A program made the translations under genes and the position numbers. A stretch of DNA of 55,896 nt, filler included, from Jimgerdemannia flammicorona (Eukaryota), in the NCBI GenBank assembly GCA_003990765.1. It is 3 parts of 3 records of this genome, joined end to end, with 100 filler letters (N's around TTAATTAATTAA, not from the genome) between each part and the next. Parts side by side here need not be neighbours in the genome. Positions count along the whole stretch, not along the records: positions 37,336 to 55,896 come from RBNJ01002178.1; 2 more parts are not named here. One strand, written 5' to 3'. The notes beneath the pieces were generated by a model. That model made no database searches. It was not told the DNA's origin and saw only the letters and a program-made list of their open reading frames with translations. Positions 51,461-55,896 of the stretch are shown piece after piece. The stretch's first letter is position 1, and each line of letters begins with the position of its first letter.

Positions 51461-53489
51461 GTTCTTGTGGCCATATTTATTAAGGTCTCAATAATCAATA
51501 CACATTTGTAGGTCTCTTCCTTTCTTGACAACAAAGAGAACTGGTATATCATATACATAGTAATATACTGAGTCTAATGAATTCTTATTCTAGGAGTTTA
51601 TCAATCTCTTTCTTGAATGCATTAATTTCTCTCAGAGATATATAGTAGATTGACTTGAAGGTGGGCTTGATATCTGAGATAGTCTTGATGATATAGTCTA
51701 CTACTCATTTAGGTGGTAGATCTTTTGAGAGTTTCTTTGAGAATATGTCTCAGAATTTCTGAAGTAGGGGTCTAACATAGCTGTTGACTTTGAAAAAGTC
51801 TTCTTTGAGGTTTTCAGGTTCTCCTTTGGATAGACAGATAAAGATAGCAAAGAGAGAGCATTTTTTGGACAATTTCTTGAGTTGCAGTTTGTTGATATGG
51901 GTGATCTTTAATCTAGAATTACTAGAACTGAGTGGGTCTTTTTCTGTCTTACAATTTGAAATTGTAGCATTCTTTCTTAATGGTCAGGAAATGGTTTACC
52001 TAGTCAATTATAGGGTTCTCTTACTTTAACCATGGAGTCTCAAGGATGATTTCATTGTTAGAAAGTGATATGATCTGGAGAATAATATGTACTCAATAGT
52101 TACTAATTTAGAAGAGTAGATTGTCAACTTCCTTATTAATAATATATGAGTTTCTATTAGCTATAGCAACTGATTGAGTCTATTGTACTAGAGAGGTCAG
52201 AAACTTAAGTCTGTTGGCTGTTTCTTCATTGATAAAGTTGTCTGAGGCACTACTGTCTATCATAATCTTAATAGATACTCAGTTGACAAAAGCTTGGAGT
52301 ATAAGTAGTTTGTCTGATCCAATTGTAGTAATTTCAGTTGTAAGAGCTTTTCTTCTGTTAGTTCTTCTTTAGGCCAGTTCATTGATACAAAAGAAGCAAT
52401 TATTGATTATTCAGAAAGAGTATATTCTAATACTATAGAGATATCAGCCACTTGGTACAAATATATCTTTAATTTTCTTATAGAATTATTCTTTCTTATT
52501 TATGATAGTTTGGGCTAAGGTCTTGTTTGATGAGCCAAATCCTTTAGATCCTTGGATGGTAGGCAGTAGTTCAGGAACTTCTTTGACTATCAGAGTTGAT
52601 TCAATTATCTTAAATAGGATCTGAGCAATATAGTAACCAATAGAAATCTTAAATGGTCTAATTATGATTTCAGGTGAGAATAATGATTTTACTTATATAA
52701 TCTTCATCAATGACTCCTTCTTTTACTGAGAGTTCTTTTAATGCTAGACTACTGCAATAGTATATCCTTCCAATATATTTTTCAGAAATTTGAATACTAA
52801 TTCCTATGTAGACTTGCTTTATTTCTCAGTTGGAAACTATAACTTCTTCAGCTATATATAGATCATATCTGGCTACTTTTTGGCTTCCTTTGATTAGAGC
52901 TATAGCTGTTGTTCTTAACTTGACAAAGTCTAGTATCTTGGTAGTCAGATTGTTGAGGTGATGCAGAGTGATAATAGTTGCTCAGATTGCTGTTTGGGAT
53001 TTTTAGTTAGAGCAGACACTGACTATATATCCTGTCTTTTAGCAATAGAAGTATGCTCCACTTCTTTGGAGTTCATTTCTTTCTCCTTCAGTAAGTTTCT
53101 TAAAGATATCTAGCTGGGTGGGTTCAGAATTTTGAGATATCCATGAGGTAAATATAGAGAGAGCTTGGGATACTTTATATTTGAGTTTTTCTTTCTTAGT
53201 CCAAGATTTTTCCTTATTATTAAATTATCTTCAAGGCAAAATTAGTCTAGCTATTAGGATTTACTTGACTATAGTCTTGATTCTAGCCAGATACTATTGT
53301 TGATAATCACAATCAATTGAGTATTCTTATTCTTAGATCATTCTTATAAGCTATTCTGGTAGTACATCAAATAAATAGACTACTCTTATGCCATTTTGTA
53401 CTTTATCATTAGCAATATATCCTAGGCCAACTGTATTCAGAAGTGACTCAATTTGTACAGAAGGTTTCAAATTTCTCCTTGCTATATAT

Positions 53490-53942
53490 TGTAACATAGC
53501 AGATGCTTACTCTTGAAAGTACGTCAGATTTCTGTATCTTGAAAACTTGACTGTTCTGACTCTCACAGAGTCTCTTGAAGTTGTAGGGGAGGGTGGGTGA
53601 GTTTGAAGTGTATCTGCCTGCAGGCTTACTAGTTCCTTTGCTATCTCTTTACTTTTGAACTATTTCGATCTGAGGTTTATTCACAAGTTTGCTAGCTATG
53701 AGAGGGTGGCTAAGTAATAAATGAGTCATTTGGACTTTGTCGAAACATTTGGACAATGTCTAAATGCTATACTAAATCAGGATATTCAATTTGGATAATG
53801 TCTAAAATTTAGACAATGTCTAAGAATTTAGATAATGTCGAAATCGAGGACTGCTAACTATAATGCTATACTACTTTGGGAATGGGTGCGATCAAGTGTC
53901 TATTCTCTATTTCCTTCTTCCAAATCTGGCTGTACCATCACA
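53490..53942 (-). repeat. Family A 3' LTR, 453 bp, preceded by PPT (AGGAGGAAGT)
   Basis: TG...CA termini, similar to 10684-11150; inserted into family B gag. Confidence 0.92.
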
Positions 53943-53979
53943 ACTTCCTCCTGAATGGATGGTCTCATCCCTGAGGCAT

Positions 53980-54441
53980 CTATTCAAACTCCCAGGCTTC
54001 AACAGTCTGTATGGTCTTGTACTGTGTGATTTGCTGCATGACTGTTTCCCAATGATGTCTTCTCACTTTCTCGAAGTCAGTAGGAGTTACTCCTCTCAGG
54101 TGGTCTATCGCTGCTTCATCTTCTCTGAATAACTTGTGGATCCTTTTGGCAATAGTGATCTGTAAGTGGGAGAGTTGACACTTGGCAATCCAGTTCTCCT
54201 TGGTCTTTGCTGGATCCTGATTGAGCACCTGTCCAAGCTTGAAGTACTCTTGGAATTCTGCCTGATATTGATAGGCTCTAAAGTGTGAGATCCAAGAGAG
54301 ATGAGTCTGCACAATACTCTGAATATCCTTATAGTATGGCTCTATAGTCAGAGGCTTGGTGGTGTGCCATTGTCTTTTGATGGCTCTTTGGGCAGCACTA
54401 GTGATCTTGAGTGCCATTGCAGTACTTTTGTTACTGGCCAT
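53980..54441 (-). CDS. Family A ORF3, 153-aa accessory protein of unknown function between integrase and 3' LTR
   Basis: Uninterrupted ORF. Its ATG overlaps the last integrase codons (CATGGCCAGTAA) and it ends just before the PPT. Confidence 0.8.
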   Translation of the reverse strand: MASNKSTAMALKITSAAQRAIKRQWHTTKPLTIEPYYKDIQSIVQTHLSWISHFRAYQYQAEFQEYFKLGQVLNQDPAKTKENWIAKCQLSHLQITIAKRIHKLFREDEAAIDHLRGVTPTDFEKVRRHHWETVMQQITQYKTIQTVEAWEFE

Positions 54442-55896
54442 GATATTTCTTGAGTTGGTTTCAGTGAATGGTGGTGGGGATTATTGTGCCTAAGGGTTTT
54501 CATAGCCAAAAGGTAGTCCCTTTTATATCTTGCACAAGGTAAGGTCCTTCCCACTTGGGCTCCAGTTTTCGTGACCATGAAGCTTCTACCATATTCTGAT
54601 ACACTAGGACTTTGTCTCCTATCTTGATAATCTCCAAAGGCTTGTGGGTCTTTTCCACATTCCTCCATTGTAGTGTCTGTGCCTTGGTTATATAATCCTC
54701 AGCCTTTTTCCTGATTTGGTGTAGTTTCCATATTTCTATGTCCACATGTTTCCATACAGCATCTCTATTGGATGATAGGGTTCCTTGAGAACATTCTTCT
54801 CTGAACAGCATTTCTTGAGGGGTAAAGTGGGTGCTTTATGATCAGATATCCTGGAGAGCAGATAATGCTATTGGCAGATAGTGATCCCAGTTCTCGTAGT
54901 TATCACAGATCTTGGCGATAACATTCTTGAGGGTCTTGTTGGTCCTTTCTACTTGTCCATTTCCTTGGGGTGATAGGCTGTGGTTCGAATGTGCTGGATC
55001 TTGTACTTCTTATAGAGAACCTCAAAGAGCTGGTTCACGAATTCTGTTCCTCTATCTGTGGTTACTTGTGTTGGGGTCTTGAATCGGCAGATGATTTCCT
55101 TATGGAAGAAATCAGCGATTGACTGTACATTGGCTTCCTTGAGGGGTCCTGCTTCTATCCACTTCTATGATGACAATGATGTATCGGTTACCAGTCAGGG
55201 TCAAGGGTAGAGGGCTGATTACATCCATTGCTATATGGGCAAATGGTACTGGTTCTATGTGTGCTGATCCTGGGGTTTGATTCTGTTGGTCTAGTTTCTG
55301 TTTCTGGCATTTGTCGCATATTTTGATGAATTGTCTGATATCTTCCTCCATCCCTGGCCACCATATTGTTCTTCTTGCCTTGTCATATGTATTCGTTCCT
55401 CCTAGATGGCCAAGTTCGTGTACTGATTTCATCACTTGCTCCTTCTTGTGTTCTGGTATAACCAGTAGTTTTCCTTTCTTCAGTGTTTCTCTGTCAGTTT
55501 CGAATTGTTTCCATGTCCTGTTGATAATCGTTTTTGTCCATTCTTCCAGATGTTGGGACATCTTTCGCTGTCCCAGGTATGTGATGATTCTATAGTAAAG
55601 CTCCTTATTCATGATTGATTTGTTGGTTGGAGGTAGTTCGAGGTGTCCATGAAAAAGCATCTGTATTGGAATTTGTTCTTCCAGAGCGGTGCACAATGGT
55701 TACATCATAGGCTTGTAACTTCATTATCCATCTGGCATAGATTCCCTTGGGTTGTCCAGTTGTCAGTAACCAGGTGAGAGCTGAGTGGTCCATCTGGATG
55801 GTGAAGTGTCTTCCGGCCAGATAGTAGTGGAACTTTTCCACAGCCCAGATGACTGCAAGGCATTCCAACTTGTAGGACTCATATTCTTTTTCAGCC
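54431..55896 (-). pseudogene. Family A pol 3' part: RNase H and integrase (HHCC, DDE core, GPY/F), no chromodomain
   Basis: ECLAVIWAVEKF, DHSAL, ARWIMKLQ; HELGHLG...WWPGM...CDKCQ; DVISPLP, TDRGTEF, VERTN; PKWEGPY. Contains stops and frameshifts. Confidence 0.95.

Larger units (their letters stand above)
49419..53489 (-). mobile_element. Family B copy with internal deletions: gag part-dUTPase-PR-RT start // chromodomain-PPT-3' LTR
   Basis: 51480-53489 is colinear with about 4855-6860. PPT AAAAAGAGAAGAGT abuts the LTR at 50537. The LTR (49419-50536) lacks about 0.9 kb relative to 8331-10396. Confidence 0.88.

Noticed and set aside
53980..54441. ORF3 as an envelope gene
   Set aside because: Only 153 aa, with no signal peptide, transmembrane anchor or fusion-protein features.

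Overview
Eukaryotic, most likely fungal, repeat-rich window. L1-type LINEs, an intron-containing hAT transposase and an intron-rich MFS gene suggest an early-diverging fungus, but this is inference. Two 100-nt artificial gaps (N-TTAATTAATTAA-N) split it into three segments. A CpG-rich island (about 18.7-31.4 kb) holds a spliced MFS transporter gene, a disrupted multi-pass membrane protein gene, a partial duplication of the MFS 3' end and several MITE/TIR elements. The rest is nested, C>T/G>A-eroded transposons: a hAT element, four L1/Tx1-like LINE copies and two Ty3/Gypsy families, both encoding dUTPase. Family A reconstructs as LTR(~460 bp)-PBS-gag-PR-dUTPase-RT-RH-IN-ORF3-PPT-LTR. Family B is chromodomain-bearing: LTR(2.07 kb)-PBS-gag-dUTPase-PR-RT-RH...CHD-PPT-LTR. 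The most notable observation is a 365-aa reading frame inside the U3 region of the family B LTR. By eye, its N-terminal domain is homologous to the intact 153-aa ORF3 that family A carries after integrase, pointing to an uncharacterised accessory protein shared by two LTR-retrotransposon families. Domain boundaries in degenerate copies are approximate and were read by hand.
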